From assembly GCF_009914755.1 (NCBI RefSeq), contig NC_060940.1: 64,000 bases of DNA; one strand, written 5' to 3'. Within the stretch, counting starts at the first letter, position 1; the number at the start of each line of letters is the position of its first letter. The translations under genes and the position numbers were made by a program. Positions 14,443-28,444 of the stretch are shown here, piece by piece. The DNA comes from the human T2T-CHM13v2.0 reference genome, Homo sapiens. The notes under the pieces are model-generated. The model did not search any database and was not told where the DNA came from. It saw only the letters and a program-made list of their open reading frames with translations.

Positions 14443-15039
14443 GATGTTTTCTTAACTACTCCATCTATGTTCTGCAAACTTGGGTCGTTTAAACATCTTC
14501 TGCACTATGATCAAATTATGTATTTTTAAAAAGTTTTTAGTGTAAAATAGTTGTGCCTCAATCTAAGCAATGTTATCTATTAAACTATAGTTTTGATGCT
14601 TTACTTGTGTTTTTTTCCCCTAAAACATAGTGAGGTTAAAAAAAAATCTGTTTTGCTTATATATTATGATCATGATACATTAGGGTGATATAGCCACTCA
14701 GCATGTAGCCTCTCAAGGAATGTACCATTCTTCACTATTGTTTATCCAGGATATCTCTTTCTGCCCCCTTGCCCTTCTTCCTCTCTCCCTCCCTTTCATT
14801 GTTCCTTTCTCCTTCCTGATCCCAATTTTCAGGAAGCTCACTACATCTGTTTTGGCCTTATTACATCTCCCACCATTGCCCTATGCTTTTCTCAGCTACT
14901 TCTTCAAACGCTTGGTAGCAGACTGGATCTCCACCTCTCCAGATCCCTATCACATAGCCTCAAGTTTCCTGAGAATCTCTTTAAAGAAAAAAAGTGGAGA
15001 TGTGGGGTGGAAAAAAGCAATAGAGGAGAATGACGACAA

Positions 15040-15262
15040 TAAATACAATTACAGAGCTCTTACTACATGCCAGGATATGGTATAAGTACTTTTCATATTT
15101 TAATTATTTCAAACCTCACTGCAACATTATGTGATAATAATAGTATTATTCTATGTTACAGATGAGGACATGGAAACTGAAAGTGCTTGTCTCTTGTCTA
15201 AGGTCACCAGCTGGGACAAGGATGTGACCTAGACAGTCACTCGGTAGCTCAGAGTTTCAACC
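15040..15262 (-). mobile_element. MIR
   Basis: TTACTACATGCCAGG...TTACAGATGAGGA...GAAACTGA core. Confidence 0.75.
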
Positions 15263-16774
15263 TCTTTTCTAAAAACGTCATGCTTTTAAAAAATTCTCTT
15301 TGGTTAATTCTTCTCTACAGGTTTTTGATCAGTTCTTTGGATTTTTCTTGGAAACTCTCCAAAATGTCCCTGAAAGAACCTTAGCCTTATTGTAAAAGTT
15401 GTTGGTTTTATTTCAGAAAGGGGAACTCATGAATGCCCTAACATATGTCAAATTTTCCATTCTGACACTCTACAAAGGTCTTTAACCTTACAAAAGAACA
15501 TTCATTCCCAAACATAGTATAGGGAAAATTTTATGTTTATATAACTTAAAATAGGGCCTTTCTGTTTCAAGGATGGAAGTCAAGAGCTAAGAATATGTGG
15601 ACACTGTAAAGTTCTATACTATGGTTTCAGTCATGAGCCATGACATTGAACCTTTCTGAATATCAATCAGAGTCCCTGACTCATCGCTTTGTTACAATAT
15701 CAACTATGTAAGAAGTAGACCAAATTTTGACTAATTATATCTTAAAAATAAACATAACACAATAAACAAATTTGTTTTTATCTTATATCAGAGAGAAAGG
15801 CTGGTAAACTGGAATAACCATGGCTCTTGGAATTAGGAGGATTTCAGTTAACACCTGGCCACTTTTGAGCTGGGGGACATAACATTAAAACAAGCTTCAG
15901 TTCCTTGTCCAAAAATGAGCTTAAGGATCTCAGAACTGGGGGAAAATTAACTGCATCCAAAGTCTATTTAGCACTTTGGATGCGGAAGGGATTCAATACT
16001 ACCCCATCCCACAACTTCTTTTTGCCATCTCTAACATAACTAGTTCTAGAATCCACATCCCTGAACACCAAAGCTTAAATAAAAGTCCACCAATTCCTTG
16101 AAGTATTTAACTTTTCCTAAGACAAATATTTCTTCTTTAAATTTGAAGATAGCCATAGCAATTTCCTTTTGTCAGATCCTTATTTTGTGAATCCTAGATC
16201 CAGAGAGTTTAGCATCAATTATAGCACAGTTCATCAAAAACAATCCAATCCTTCATTAGGAAGTTCAGATTTTTTAAGACAATTCAGTTAATAGCATCCA
16301 CCAACACATGTATTTTCTCTTTAGACCTACACTGACCTGAGGTCTTTTCTTCCCTTACGTTATTCCTCTGTTTCCCCATCTCTCACTCTCTCCCCCACCC
16401 CCAGTCTATGTTATGTATTCCATTCAACTTCTGTTTTTTTTTTCCCCACCAGCCTCTAATTGACCTGCTTTCTTTCTGTCATTCTCCTATTTCCTCAGAA
16501 ATGCATCTGTCAAAGATGGAGAAGGAATAAAGTCAATTGTGAAGGCAATGACCTTGTACTCTTAAATTGGTTTAAGTATTAAGGCATGAGAATGAGAATT
16601 CCCGTATTAATACATTTGTCCAACTATATTTCAATTACTCTGTCTCATGTTATCCTAGCCTTTACTCTAGGAGCTCTTGAGTACCACATCTTATCTGTAC
16701 ACCTACGCCTGACAACACTGGACCCGAGGAACCCAACCATCTCTGCCCCAAACCGTTGCCCCTATTTTGGAAGC

Positions 16775-17200
16775 CCATGCTGCCTCCTTAGTTGGCCAAG
16801 AATGCCTCAGCAAGTTGGGTGGAGGGTCATATGACCCTAACCCCACCTACTAGTATTTGGATCAGAGGCAAAGCTTTCCTCCCAAGGAGGGTCCACACGT
16901 TCTTTCTCCTAGAAATTTGGCATCCAGTTTCACCTTGTTCAGTCAGGCTCTCTTTTGAAATCAGAGGTGATGTGAAGCCATATTTGTGGCAGTCATATTT
17001 GGTCCTGTGATGGCAGAGCAGAAAAAAGCAAAGGGAATTAATTGTGGAGAGAAATGAAAGATGACAGCAGAGAGAAGAAAGGAGAGATGAGGCAGAGAGA
17101 GGGAGATAAAGAGAAAGAAAGAGAACTAGAGATGAGAGGCTATGTTGTCCTCAGAAGAATCTAGCTGCCTTCAATCCAATAGTGATTTATTCTTCAGTCC
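16775..17200 (+). mobile_element. Possible ancient ERVL/MaLR LTR relic (LTR16/MLT1-like)
   Basis: GGTCATATGACC motif and GA-rich 3' segment typical of these LTRs; highly diverged. Confidence 0.35.
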
Positions 17201-17691
17201 CTAGTTCAAGTGGGGCCTTACTAACTTTCCTGAATTTGGATGATCTGAGAAGCCTCTGGATTTTGTGTAAGTTATTCTGTAAGGATCATGTTTCTTATTC
17301 CAGGAAATTTCTGAAAGAAATGGCATTAGACACAGACATGACAAACCTGTGGATTCTGTTCACATAAATTTTTATCTTTGAAGAATCATGTTAAAAAAAT
17401 ATGATACCATTTTATCAAAGGCTGCTTGAATGCATTGGCAGTAGGCTTTGTGAAATATTTAGGCTCATATGTCAGCAATTCTCAAGCTAATACTAAATCG
17501 GACCCTTCAGTAATTCAGTAACTAGAGTTTGATATCGCCATCCAAAAAAATGACAAAATTGGATAAAAGGTCCGGAATCTAAGAGGTGAAGAAATAATTT
17601 TGAATGTGTGGTTTGGACGCAGAACAAGCTAGGTACAAGTCCCAGCTCTGTCACTTACTGAGATTTGGGGCAAGTTATTAAATGGCACTAG

Positions 17692-17964
17692 GGCCGGGCA
17701 CTGTAGCTCACACCCGTAATCCAGCACTTTGGGAGGCCAAGGCGGGTGGATCACCTGGGGTCAAGAGCTCAAGACTAGCCTGGCCAACATGGTGAAACCC
17801 CATCTCTACTAAAAATTAGCCGGCTGTGGTGGTGGGCACCTATAATCTCAGCTACTCGGGAGGCTGAGGCAGGAGAATCGCTTGAACCTGGTGGGCAGAG
17901 GTTGCAGTGAGGCAAGATTGTGCCACTTTACTCCAGTCTGGGCGAAAGAGCGAAACTCCATCTC
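17692..17964 (+). mobile_element. AluS with shortened linker, inserted in a MIR
   Basis: Both arms present; MIR 5' part at 17607-17691 resumes at 18597; TSD remnant CACTAG at 17686-17691 and 18591-18596. Confidence 0.95.
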
Positions 17965-18590
17965 AAATAATAATAATAATATATAATTATTATATTATAT
18001 ATTATATAATATATAATTATTAATTATATATTATATAATATATAATTAATAATTATATATTATATAATATATAATTATTAATTATATAATATAATATATA
18101 ATAATTATATTATATATTATATAATATATAATATTATATTATATATTATATAATATATAATTATTATATTATATATTATATAATATATAATTATTATATT
18201 ATATAATATATAATATATAATTATATATTATATATTATATAATATATAATATTATATTATATATTATATAATATATAATTATTATATTATATAATATATA
18301 TTATATAATTATATATTATATATTATATAATATATAATTATTATATTATATATTATATAATATATAATTATATATTATATAATATATAATATTATATTAT
18401 ATATTATATAATATATAATTATATATTATATAATATATAATATATAATTATTATATTATATATTATATAATATATAATTATATATTATATATTATATATT
18501 ATATAATATATAATTATTATATTATATATTATATAATATATAATTATATATTATATATTATATAATATATAATTATTATTATTATTATTA
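17965..18590. repeat. Pure A/T minisatellite-like expansion (Alu tail-derived)
   Basis: 626 bp without C or G; recurring TATAATATATAATTA(T)TATATTA units. Confidence 0.97.
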
Positions 18591-18868
18591 CACTAGGACT
18601 CAGTTTTCTGTTAAACTGATCTTTTCTGTGAGGATTATGGAGAGAGAAGAGGAGGTAGAATAAAGAAGAAGGCGGAGAAAAAAAGAGCATGAGAGGAAAT
18701 GTTGAGGTAGAGAAAGGAAATGAGAAAAGTTTCATTTTCATTGTTTTGCTTCAGCTTGCTCTAAAGCACTTGCAGACTGACATAGAGACATGGAGGCCTT
18801 TAATCTATGGAACAATTTTAAGGAGTGGGAATGATTCATAACCTTCACCTTTCATTATGTTGGATCGT

Positions 18869-19162
18869 TCTTTCTTAATATGTGGGGTCTCACTCTGCTG
18901 CCCAAGCTGGATTGCAGTAGTACAATCATACTCACTCTAGCCCGAAACTCCTGTACTCAAGCCATCCTCTTGCCTCAGCCTCCTGAGTAGCTGGGACCAC
19001 AGGCATCTGCCATCATGCCTGACTAATTTTTATTTATTGTTTTATAGAGATGGGTTTTCCCTGTGTTGCCTAGGCTGGTCTCGAACTCCTGGCTTCAAGC
19101 AATCCTCCTGCCTCAGCCTCCCAAAGTGTTGGGATTACAGATGTGAGCCTCTGCACCCAGCC
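18869..19162 (-). mobile_element. AluJ
   Basis: Diverged dimeric Alu with J diagnostics (CTCAAGCCATCCTC, GGGACCACAGG). Confidence 0.9.
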
Positions 19163-20279
19163 CTGAACTAGTTATTTTTTATAAATGACTTTGTATCTTT
19201 AGTGGTATAGAAATAGAGCATTCATATTCATGACTTATCAAGCCTCAATGATCCTAATTGAATGTTTTGGCTACTCTGTTTTATCTCAAACTTAAAAATA
19301 AATATCTAATTCCCTGATATATTCTAGGGTAGATGCATAAATTTATTATTCAACAAAATTATTAAATACCTGCTAACTGGTTTGTAATTTTCTCTCCTGT
19401 TTAATATGTTTCATCTGGCACTTTTAATTAATGGAAGCCCCTAGAAACTGCAGATTTTGTTTTATACCTTACATGAATGTGTTTTATGCAACAGAAATGT
19501 GAAGGCCACATTAGAAGCTGAGGATCTCTGAAGGGAAGTGTATGAATATAACACAATATAAACCATATTTGATGTCCTCATGTTGCTATGTGACTTGTCT
19601 TCAGCCCTATTATTATGTTGGCTCTAATTATACCTATTATCCATTCTGCCACCTTATACCAATGTTCCCCATTTTATTTTTCTACTCTTCATATTAGGGA
19701 AAATAATTTAATCTTCAGTTCCTATTTGCATAAAAATTTGAATTGTTCTGAATTGAGAATCTAAGTCTCAGTTCATCCTCTAATTCTGAAATTCATTAGC
19801 AAGATTTTACATAATCCTTTTAACCCTACTGTTTTTCAGTTTGTTGTTTTTTTCTCATCCATCAAATGGGACTAATAGCATCAATTTAATTGTGTTTATC
19901 TTGGATGATGTGTTGTACAATATATAGATTTTGTACTATTTAAAGAAAAAGCTAATGTATAGTTTCATTTTTTCATCAATACTATTCTAATAGTTTATTG
20001 TTAATAGGTTATTTTTACTTGGTTTTTATTGTTCCGTTTTTATGCTCAATTTGTCCATTATCACACTGCGCTAAAAAAAAAAAAAAAAACTATTATAAAA
20101 GTGACATGACCTTTAAAATGTTCCAGAAAATTTTCATTAGTCATCTTCACTGCCTTCATCATTGTCCTCCTCCTGGTTTTCATAGGAGTAGGAGTGTGAG
20201 CATAATTTTTATAGTGTGACTTCTAAAGGAAAGCATGTATGCAGAAAAGTCTGAGTTGTTTGGTAATGAGGAAAGTCGA

Positions 20280-20880
20280 ATCTTGCCTTATCCACACCTG
20301 CATACCACTGCCAAAGTCCCCTATCACTTTAGAGACTCTGTTTGAGAAGTGTGATATTGATTGCTGTGTTGCAGAAGCCAGCCTCGCAGCTGCATCCTCC
20401 GGAGAATACGCCGCAGTCGGCAGCACAGGATGGATGACTGACAGCCGGCACCCAGTCCTTTTTTTCCAACAAAGCTTTCTCTTGACGTTAATTTTCCATC
20501 TCCTCTCCTGTTAGCGGTTGCCAGTTTCCAACCTAATGCCCAACTGTCAATCAGCTACTGGTTATTTTTAATTAAGACCACTCAAAAATTTCCCTCACGT
20601 AACTTGCATGGAAAAAGGGGAATCCTTTTATTCATAATCGAATTTCATGTGCAAATCGCCTTCATCACACTTGTCTGGCAGTTCTGTAATGTGCCAGGGA
20701 AAAAGCAGCATTTTTTCCTGTTCAGCCATACATGGGCTCCACACCTTGCTTCTTGGATACTCAGTCACAATTATCTATTTTTATTTATGTCTCATTAAAT
20801 CTGCAGCAGCTGGGTATTGACTGACTCGGCCCTTGCCCTCCATTGCCTGTGAGCAGATGGCACTGACTTCACTTGGGTCA
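20280..20880. promoter_or_regulatory. Candidate cis-regulatory element (non-repeat, locally CpG-enriched)
   Basis: 8 CpGs in 20380-20520; CTCF-like/E-box GAGCAGATGGCACTG at 20851-20865; function is inferred only. Confidence 0.4.
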
Positions 20881-21067
20881 GACTCTAAGGTGGACCTAGA
20901 GGAATGACTTACAAGAAAATATCATGGGGTGGGTAAATGATGATTCCCTGACAATGTATAAACCCCAACATGTTATGACCTGACAAGTATCAGGACACCT
21001 ATCTTGGTTCCCATTCAAGACTTACTTAAATACAGGAATCAGAATGACTTGGCAATGTAGAACATAA

Positions 21068-21418
<351 letters not shown>

Positions 21419-22353
21419 TCTGTTTTTATTTTCTAAGAAAATTTTTACAAATAATTAAAAGCTACCCATAAACACGGGGAGAAATTGTCCCCCATTTTTA
21501 TTCTTTATTGTACTATGGAAAAGTCAAGACCTTGTGTGAAGTTTTGAATAGTAATAAAAAAAATTGATGTCATATGGACCATACACTCATTATAATTAGA
21601 AATTATTTCTAAATTTGGTTCTGGGCTTGAGATCCAAATCATACTTTGGGGTTATTATATCCACACCTGGAGAATGCCATAGTGTGGGAGGTCCTTTCAG
21701 TCTTTTAATCACAAAATAGATATTTAAAAACCCATAGCTATGGAAAGTTTTATATAATGGAAAGAAGAAAATTCTGCCAGACATTCAATCATGCCAACCA
21801 AAGACCACTAGTGTTCTTTCATTCAGGGTGCAAGTACATGGTTGGTGAGTTCTGGCTGTGCATAAGTTTCATTTGTTCCTAGAAGGTGTTGCAATTTTTA
21901 AATATCTAAACCCTGACCATGGCACTCTTGTTCCAAAAATCTTCCAATGTCACCCATCACTTAACATATAAAGTTTATATTTCCTGGCAGCCTCTAAAAA
22001 GTCCTCATTGAATATCCCTCCTCCCCCCATTTCCCACTCTTTCCTCTTTTATTTTGACTGACATTGGAGTGTTCAGTATGCATGGCACTCTTCCATGTTC
22101 TTTATGTGTATTATGTCATTTAATTCTCACAACATATGTATTTGCAGATGCATACACTGAGACTTAGCCTTAGAGAGGTGCTATAATTTGCCTAATGTCA
22201 TAATCACTGGCAGAGATAGCACTGCCTGTGTTCTTGAGGATTTTGCTGCATGGATATCCTAAAGTTCAACCATGCTGGGTTACTCATAATGATGCATCAT
22301 TGCATCAATCCCTCAGTACCTTGTCCAACTATGCTTTTAAAAGATACATGTGA

Positions 22354-22651
<298 letters not shown>

Positions 22652-22666
22652 AAAAGTTGCATGTGA

Positions 22667-22987
22667 GTCGGGCACAGTGGCTCACACCTATAACCCAGCA
22701 CTTTGGGAGGCTGAGGCAGAAGGATCAATTGAGGCCAAGAGTTCCAGATCAGCCTGGGCAACATAGCAAGAAGCTATCTCTACTAAAAAATAAAATAAAA
22801 TAAAATAAAAATTAGTTGGATGGGTGGTGTGCATCTGTAATCCCAGCTACTTGGGAGTCTGAGGTGAGTGGCTAATTTGAGCCTGGGAGTTCAAGGTTAC
22901 AGTGAGCCTTGACTATGCCACTGCACTCCATCCTAGGTGACAGGGTAATGACTTGTCTGAAAAATAAAATGAAATAAAAAGTAAAAT
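22667..22987 (+). mobile_element. AluJ directly downstream of the AluY
   Basis: J diagnostics (GGGCAACATAGCAAGA, TTTGAGCCTGGGAGTTCAAGG); (TAAAA)n linker and tail. Confidence 0.92.
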
Positions 22988-23557
22988 AAAGCTTGCACAT
23001 GATACCAACAGCTCATTCAATATGTGGTTTTCTAATTGTTCATTTATCTCTTCCTTATAATCTCCTAAGAGAAAAAACTACCCTTTATTTTTTCATATCT
23101 AATGTCTAGTAAGAGACACATAGTATAGGCTGAATAAACAATATTTTATGAATAATGACATTGTCCACTGATGTGATAATAAACACAAAATGACAGTGAA
23201 AGAATAGAAATTCAAGATGGAGGATACCATAACAGACAATTTTATAGCAGATAGCAAATGCTCCCTGTGCACCAGTCACTTTCACACTGAGTGTTGTATT
23301 TGATCTTCAGACCACACGTAATATGATTAAATTTTATCTTTGTTTGCCAAATAATCCTATTTTAACCCTCTAAATCTTTAACCATCTATTTTTCTTTCTC
23401 TAGGAACATATGAACAGGAACACATCTGAAAGTATATACGCCAACACTGTTAATAGTAATTTTTTGGCAGATAAAGTTATACAGGCTTACATTTTTTGCT
23501 GTTTATTGCCCTCTTTCTTGAGTTATATGATCAAACTAATGGTGAAAAAAATCTTCA

Positions 23558-23850
<293 letters not shown>

Positions 23851-24726
23851 CAACTTCATGACATGAATTGAGTATTGGATGTGTAGTGTTTGAAGAGATT
23901 TCGTACAACCAATCATGCATCAATCTGGAGTTAAAAGGAAAAGTCTGCACTGATGAGAGAAATTTAGCAGCCATAGCACACAAAATGATAATTTATGAAA
24001 TGGGGATAGATAATATCAACAAGGTAAAATATAGAGTTAAAAAAGTGGATAAGATGCCTCTCCCTGCTAATTCATTTAAGCCACCAAAAGGTTTATTTCA
24101 TTCACACATATCTAATCATCCTCCTCCCACAAAACACATGGAGACTGCGAATGTGGCCCTTAACTTGAGAAGCTGCAAATTCATTCAGCAAATTCTCGTG
24201 GAGTCTCTGCCATGTCCAACAGTAGCTAGCTGTTCCAAATAACTTTATCACATACATGTCATCTCAAGGAGGAGGTACTAATATTATCACCATGTTATAG
24301 ATAAGGAAATTGATACTCAGAATGATGAAAGAATGATGAAAATTATCAGTAAGTGGCTGATTGATAATTTTCAGATGTTACATTCATCATTCTGGGTCTT
24401 CTGATCTCTTTAGATCATTTTAAGAAAAAGCAAGACAAAAAAGGATTGCAAAAGTCATGCTTATACAAATAACGCTGTAGGAGCAGAAAAGAGGTCTAAT
24501 TCAGCTACAGGAGCTCAAATTATAGAAGTTGATTTAAAAACAAATTAAACATAAATAATTTAAATAAAATTAGTCTCACATAGGCAGCTTTTGGGGTTAT
24601 TTTTCATAATTCTTTCATTTCTTTTCACTTCTCCCTTACCCAACCCTGTGAAATAGTGATGCTCCCAACAGAGAATTTAGAATGTACACTTGGCATTTTT
24701 ATAGAAGGATTAACTTCAAGATACAG

Positions 24727-25237
24727 TGTGGCAGATTAAAAATGGTCATGCAAATGTTGACACTTCTCTCATTGACAGATGGGGTATATCTCACCTCTCT
24801 TTGCATCTGAGCTGGCCTGTGACTGCACTGACAAATAGAATACATCAGAAATGTTTTATGCCAGTTCTGTGTCTAGCTTTGAAGACTGGTAGCTTCTCTC
24901 TTGTTCTCTTGGAGCAGCAAGAGAACATGGGGAAGAGATCTGTATATGCTGAGCCTGCTGCGTTGTGAGAAAATCCAAACTAGTCACATTGAGAGGTTAT
25001 ACGGGAGAGGGAGAAAGGAGAGGGAGAAATGCAGAGAGACAGAGAGAGGCAGGCAGATGCAACAGGATATTCAAGTCATTCCAGCTTCCACAAGACCTGA
25101 GACTGTACAGATCAGAGACAGGTGGCCCCTGATGTGCGCTGACCCAAAAAAATACAGACATCTAATTACAACAATGTAATGATTGAAGCCACCAAGTTTT
25201 GGTGTAGTTTGCTATACCACAATAGATAACCGAAACA
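24727..25237 (+). mobile_element. MLT1 (G/H-like) MaLR solo LTR
   Basis: TG...CA termini; TGTGGCAGATTAAAAATGG start and AAGCCACCAAGTTTTGGTGTAGTTTGCTAT...ATAGATAACCGAAACA end. Confidence 0.85.
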
Positions 25238-26057
25238 GAAAGTCAATTTCTTCTCACTTCTAGGCTTAGAAGAATTGAGAAAAAGTCGGCAGGTATTTCT
25301 CCTGCCTGCTCTTTCTTATCTCTTTTCCACACTGCACTTTTTAACCTAGCAATGGAGGGCCATTTATCCCAAGATGCACTTTTGTCAGTATAGGGAGATT
25401 CTAGCTGTGAATTGGGGTCACAGTTATTACACTGTTGGCAGGATGAAGGGGAGCATAATACTAACATTTGAAACTGAAAAGAGAGTAAATTGTCCACATG
25501 AACACCTTTCAATCATTCAGCAAACCATCCCCATGTCCCAGAGTCTGTCTTTATCAGTGGCACACCCTGCTATAGTCTCACATAAAACAACCTTTCACAG
25601 AAACTTTGGTCATTTAGAAACTATAGAAATAGGAGCTCTAAAAAGCCTTAGATTCTATTTGGTGTATCTCCTTAATTCTGTTGCAGTCTTTCTTCTCAAG
25701 TGAGAATTTCAAAGATTAATAAAATTTTCTGAAGTTCAACTCTCAATATTTGCAAAAACATCTGTATGATAACTTTTATATCAACTATATGTTTTAAAAC
25801 AAGTGAATCGAGTCTATGGAGTAATATTCTCACCTTTGCCAGGTGTCATACCCAAATTGTTGCTGTCTATTTAATATTGTCTTGAAGCTTCTATCCCATA
25901 TCAGGATTAAGACTCATAGAACACCAAACATAGAAGAAAACTTAATGATGGTCTGCTCCAACCTCTTTTTTTTTTTCCAGATGAGTTAAAGGAGGTCCTA
26001 ACATTATAAATGACTGCTTTAAGGTTACTGGATCAATTAGTGCTACTGACTATAAAA

Positions 26058-26253
26058 CAAGGTTTCTTAACCTCACCACTATTGACATTTCATGCTGAAT
26101 TATTCTCTGTTGAGTAGGGCTGTCCTGTGGATTGTAAAATGTTAAGCAGTAGGCCTGACCTCCACCCTGTAGATGCCAGTAGCACAAAAGTGACTCTTGA
26201 TTTTGCCAAGTATCCCCTGGGGAGCAAAACCACTCTTATGTTGAAAATCATTG
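26058..26253. mobile_element. MER20 (hAT-Charlie)
   Basis: CACTATTGACATTT, TAGATGCCAGTAGCAC, CCCCTGGGGAGCAAAA, GTTGAAAATCATTG terminus. Confidence 0.88.
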
Positions 26254-26854
26254 CTCTTGAGGGTCTAATATATGAATAAATTTTAATCTTTTTCTTCACT
26301 TTGCTTTCCTTTGCCTGCCCTCCACCTAACCTGGAGTTCATATGCCCTCAAAAGAGACAAATTACAACACTCTTTCCTTTTTATAGAAGTCAGAGTGTGA
26401 TAGGTTCAACAAATATAATGCATTCTTGAATGATGCTGACAAAATATTGAGAGTAAGTCAGTCAAAATCCAAAACTTCGCCATCTATATCCCTCCAAAAC
26501 TTTCTTTTTCTGGCCTGTTGCTATAACAGCTTACCGAGCAATCAATAAAATCTGATACTTCAAAGCCTGTTTTTTTGGATAGGCAGAGAATGTCAATCCC
26601 TATTCTCATCAAACGGAGTGGAAAGAAACAGCTCTTTAAACATAAAGACATTCTGCTTGTTGATTTCAGGTACATTCTTCTCAATTTAACTTGTTCTCTC
26701 CAATGATGACTTGAAGTTTCAGGAAGGTCATGATTCTCTATGGTGGAAACACCTGTGGCATTTATTTTAAAGTCTTCTGAATAATAAGGAAAAAATCCCA
26801 GCTCTTTAAAGAGACTTTTGTTCACTGACAATTTCTGTACTCACGATTTCATGA

Positions 26855-27700
26855 ACTCACTCTGTACCAGATGTGTTTATGTGGTTAGGAGATGCAATAA
26901 TGAAAGGAAAATCCCTGGACCCCAAAGAATCATGACCACGAAAGAAAAATGACATAAACAGAGTCCATTGTGCTAACTGCAATGATAGACTTAGCCTTCA
27001 AGTGTTGAACTCAACATGTGAAAGAGGACCCAAAAGGTAATGAGAAGTAGGACTAGCCTACAAAGAAATAGGCTAATTTCTAGGCCACAGGGACAACATA
27101 TGCAAAGGCAGAGTGACATTACAGCATCCTTCTCTATGTAAATGGCTAGAAGATATTTATAAAATAATAATAAATTGTAGACTAGAGTATTATTAGGAAA
27201 AAAGCCAAGAAAAATGTTCTGGCTCCAGATAGATAAAGTTTTTTATCTACACCAGTAAGAACTTGTACTTTCTCCTCGAGCAATGAGAAATCAACAGAGG
27301 TTTATGCAGGATGTGACATGACCAAATTTGAGATTTATAAAAATTATTCTGAGGCTATAAAAAGAAATGCCAGATTAAAAGCTAGATGATAGCCCAAGAA
27401 AAAAGATGATGAAAATCTGAAGGAGAGAGGAAGCAGTGGAGGGAAAAAGAAGAGTACAAGGAAAAGGAAAATAAGGCAAGAAGGTGGGAAATATATAGAG
27501 AACAAAATCTAAGGATGAACTGATGAACTTTTGTTACTAATTAGGCATGAGGGTGAACTAGAAAGAAAGTTAAGAGAATGGAGGAGGATATTTAGGACTG
27601 AAGAAAATAAAACATTTATTTTGGTGGTGCTGACTTTGCAGTATCTGTGAGATAATTAGTTTGTCTCAGAAGGAGTATAGCATGTAGAGTAGAAAGCCAT
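26855..27700 (-). mobile_element. L2 fragments
   Basis: Degenerate L2 motifs (GCAAAGGCAGAG, GTGACATGACCAAATTTG). Confidence 0.55.
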
Positions 27701-27849
27701 GAAGTAGTGACAGAAAACTCAACAACTCTCCATGTAAGGGAGGTTTTCCTTCCCCCCAAATGTCAAATTCTCACCATAGGACCTCTGCACATTGTGTTCT
27801 ATCTGACTGGAAACTCTTTCATCACTCCTGTAAAAAGCTTGACTTTTTA

Positions 27850-28361
27850 GACTGGGCACAGTGGCTCACACCTGTAATTCCAGAACTTTGGAAGGCAGAG
27901 GTGGGAGGAGCAGTTGAGTTCAGGAGTGTGTGTATATATATACACACACACACACACATATATGTATACACACACATATATATGTATGTATATATAAGCT
28001 ATCTATATACACATATATATGTATATTTATAAACTATGTATATATATACAAGCTATCTATATACACACGTGTATATATAAGCTATCTATATGCACACATA
28101 TATATGTATCTATAAACTATATATGTATATGTAAGCTATATATATGTGTATATATATGCTATATATATGTGTATATGTATGCTATATATATGTGTATATG
28201 TATGTATTAGCTGGGCATGGTGGTATGAGCCCATAGTTCCAGTTACTTCAGATATTGAAGCAAGAAGATTGCTTGAGCCCAGGAATTTGAGGTTGCAGTG
28301 AGCTGCGATAGTGTCACTGTACCCCAGCCTGGGTGACAGAGTGAGATCCTGTCTCAAAAAT
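27850..28361 (+). mobile_element. AluJ interrupted by a 280-bp microsatellite
   Basis: Left arm 27850-27926, right arm 28207-28355; TSD AAAG(C/T)TTGA(C)TTTTTA on both sides. Confidence 0.9.
27927..28206. repeat. Complex (TA/CA/TG)n repeat with recurring TAAGCTATCTATAT units
   Basis: Direct reading; mostly alternating purine-pyrimidine. Confidence 0.95.
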
Positions 28362-28444
28362 AAAGTTTGATTTTTAAATTCTCAGCTCACAATTTTAAAT
28401 ATTACTCTAGATATAAATAGGTTCCTCGTTATTCTCTCACTGCA

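Noticed and set aside
17927-18741. Tandem arrays as possible CRISPR-like structure (also 58510-58769)
   Set aside because: No unique spacers or cas genes; primate minisatellites.
20223-20514. 67-aa and 91-aa ORFs over the CpG-rich segment
   Set aside because: No recognisable protein similarity and no convincing splice-site pair.
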